From: Marinicella sp.
GTDB lineage: Bacteria; Pseudomonadota; Gammaproteobacteria; Xanthomonadales; Marinicellaceae
DNA: 64,000 bases
Direction of reading: 5' to 3'
Assembly (NCBI GenBank): GCA_965230295.1
Contig: OZ246001.1
Span: 3,392,001-3,456,000 of the forward strand
Position 1 is the stretch's first letter. The number at the start of each line of letters is the position of its first letter. This document shows positions 62,199 to 64,000 of the stretch, one piece after another. Under the pieces are notes generated by a model. That model searched no databases and was not told the origin of the DNA. It saw only the letters and a program-made list of their open reading frames with translations. Position numbers and translations under genes: made by a program.

Positions 62199-62438
62199 TC
62201 ATCCTCCTGCAGCTGGTGGGAACAGTCCAATCACATCATTGGCTGCAACTGTGACATGCCAATCACTGAATTCATCATTCAAAATCGGTTTGATGACAGC
62301 TTGGCTTGGTTCAACCTGATGCGATTGGCACAATTCAAGATAGATGCCCTCAATGGTCTTTTGTTCGGTGTCGAACTGGATGATGCTGTTATTAAATTGC
62401 GCTTTCAAACGCCCATAGAGTTCTATTTTTATTTGCAT
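62199..62438 (-). CDS. moaD: Molybdopterin synthase sulfur carrier
   Basis: 79 aa ending FPPAAGG; moa operon context. Confidence 0.88.
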   Translation of the reverse strand: MQIKIELYGRLKAQFNNSIIQFDTEQKTIEGIYLELCQSHQVEPSQAVIKPILNDEFSDWHVTVAANDVIGLFPPAAGG

Positions 62439-62920
62439 GGCAGTTCTGCAGTGTAGGTGGATTTACCACCCGTTTTACTGATCAATTTGGTTTCACAGAT
62501 GGTGATGTTGTGGCTCATGGCTTTACACATGTCATATATCGTCAATGCAGCCACTGAGGCTCCTGTCAAAGCTTCCATTTCAACACCAGTTTTTGAATTG
62601 ATTTTGCATTCACAACGGATGACAACATCCTGGTTATGATCAGATTGAATGTTGATTTTGCAGTTCTCAATGGCTATGGGATGACAGAAAGGGATCAGTT
62701 CATGGGTTTTTTTTGCGGCCATCACCCCGGCGATGATTGCGGTTTGAAACACCGGTCCTTTTTTGCTCTGAATATCACCGTTTTGAAACATCTTTTTGAT
62801 GTTCTCAGGTAGCTTGACCGTGGTTTCAGCCACGGCCAATCGGGTGGTCACATTTTTATCACTGACATCCACCATGGTGGGTTGGTTATTACTGTCCAAG
62901 TGAGTGAGTTCGTTTGCCAT
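62429..62920 (-). CDS. moaC: Cyclic pyranopterin monophosphate synthase
   Basis: MVDVSDK, LIPFCH, TGVEMEAL and YDMCKA motifs. Confidence 0.95.
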   Translation of the reverse strand: MANELTHLDSNNQPTMVDVSDKNVTTRLAVAETTVKLPENIKKMFQNGDIQSKKGPVFQTAIIAGVMAAKKTHELIPFCHPIAIENCKINIQSDHNQDVVIRCECKINSKTGVEMEALTGASVAALTIYDMCKAMSHNITICETKLISKTGGKSTYTAELPCK

Positions 62921-62922
62921 AA

Positions 62923-63930
62923 CTATCCCCCGATCACAAACATTTCGATTTTTGGCCTGGCATGCTTTTGCAGCTCAGTTCTTTTCATTGAATACTGATC
63001 TTTGCGTTGTTGCCAAATTTGTGCGACTTGATTTTGTAACGCCAGAGGTTGTTCTAAATAGGGCTTGATGTTGTGGCCCTGGTCGCTGAATAAACAGGTG
63101 TAAATGTGACCATTGGTACCGAGTCTGGCTCGATTGCAATCGCCACAAAACGGCTGGCTGATTGATGAGATTAACCCAAACTCTCCTGATCCATCATCGA
63201 AAGAATAGCGGTTGGCGACCTCGCCTGGAGCTGTGGGTTCCTCTGTTGAAAATTGCCATTTCTTTTCGATCAGGTTCAAGACCTGTTTGGATTCAAAAAC
63301 TTTTCCTGATTCCCATTGGTTGATGTTTCCTACATCCATGAATTCTATGAATCTGGGTACCACTCGAGACCCTCTGAAGTAATCAAGTATGGGGATGATT
63401 TGGTCTTCGTTGACATCTTTTTGTACCACACAATTCAGTTTGATTTTTTTAATGGCACTTTGTTCGCATAATTTAATGATGCGCAACAATTCCTTCACCT
63501 GGTAATTGGTGCCAGTGATTTGTTCAAACAATTTTTGTTCTATGGCATCCATACTGATGGTGATGCGGTCCAGACCAGCGGCAATCAGAGGCTCCAGGTG
63601 GGGTTCAAGTAAGGCAGCGTTGGTGGTTAAGGCCACGTCGTTGATGCCATCAATGGCTTTGAGTCTGCGAACCAAATCAGGCACTTTTTTGCGCAGCAGT
63701 GGTTCTCCACCGGTTAACCTGATTTTATTGACCCCGACTAAGGCAAAAGCTTCAACAGTGGTGATGATTTCATCAAAACTCAGGTGATTTTCAGGTCGGC
63801 TTTGTTGGCGCATGACATCCACATGTTCGGCGGGCAAGCAATAGCGACAACGGAATTGACAGCGGTCAGTCAAAGAGATACGCAAGTCTCTGACCGTTCT
63901 ACCCAGTTGATCTGTGGTGTTATGATTCAT
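62923..63930 (-). CDS. moaA: GTP 3',8-cyclase
   Basis: LRISLTDRCQFRCRYC, TGGEP and FCGDCNR motifs, C-terminal IGG; start 63930 or 63939. Confidence 0.95.
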   Translation of the reverse strand: MNHNTTDQLGRTVRDLRISLTDRCQFRCRYCLPAEHVDVMRQQSRPENHLSFDEIITTVEAFALVGVNKIRLTGGEPLLRKKVPDLVRRLKAIDGINDVALTTNAALLEPHLEPLIAAGLDRITISMDAIEQKLFEQITGTNYQVKELLRIIKLCEQSAIKKIKLNCVVQKDVNEDQIIPILDYFRGSRVVPRFIEFMDVGNINQWESGKVFESKQVLNLIEKKWQFSTEEPTAPGEVANRYSFDDGSGEFGLISSISQPFCGDCNRARLGTNGHIYTCLFSDQGHNIKPYLEQPLALQNQVAQIWQQRKDQYSMKRTELQKHARPKIEMFVIGG

Positions 63931-64000
63931 GGTATGCATTCAATAATTGTTGCCAGTTTTCTTTCAAGTCATGATCACAGCTTTTACCTGATTCTTTTTC
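63920..64000 (-). CDS. 3' end of an unidentified upstream gene (window-truncated)
   Basis: Open frame EKESGKSCDHDLKENWQQLLNAYHES* whose stop overlaps the moaA start. Confidence 0.35.
   Translation of the reverse strand, partial: EKESGKSCDHDLKENWQQLLNAYHES

Overview
64 kb of chromosome from a low-GC gammaproteobacterium; a marine, Marinicella-like lineage is my inference from gene content and is not verified. Positions 1-36.4 kb and 60-64 kb are mostly core or metabolic genes: a GldAFG-like ABC system, DUF1800/DUF1501, kbl-tdh, fadD, an S8 protease, corC, xseA, guaBA, tadA, a cystathionine pathway pair, uvrC and moaACDE. I saw no rRNA, tRNA, CRISPR array, integrase or transposase. Four things stand out. 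(1) A 37-49 kb metal-starvation island is tied together by five copies of a variant Zur-type operator (core TGATAT-RWT-GTATCA). It covers zrg-like ABC genes, two MerC paralogs, zur, a COG0523 GTPase, and M1 and M3 zinc peptidases. (2) A 9.7 kb island is bracketed by two inverted copies of a structured non-coding repeat (141 bp core, 3 mismatches). It carries a three-lipoprotein cluster, a large Cys-rich/TSP3 secreted protein and an ECF sigma/Ser-Thr kinase pair with deviant phospho-motifs. (3) That repeat is built from a recurring hairpin module with compensatory stem changes and C-GNA-G triloops. (4) A DUF4105/Lnb-type protein sits directly after corC, where lnt is usually found. All family assignments are from motif recognition by eye, not database searches.
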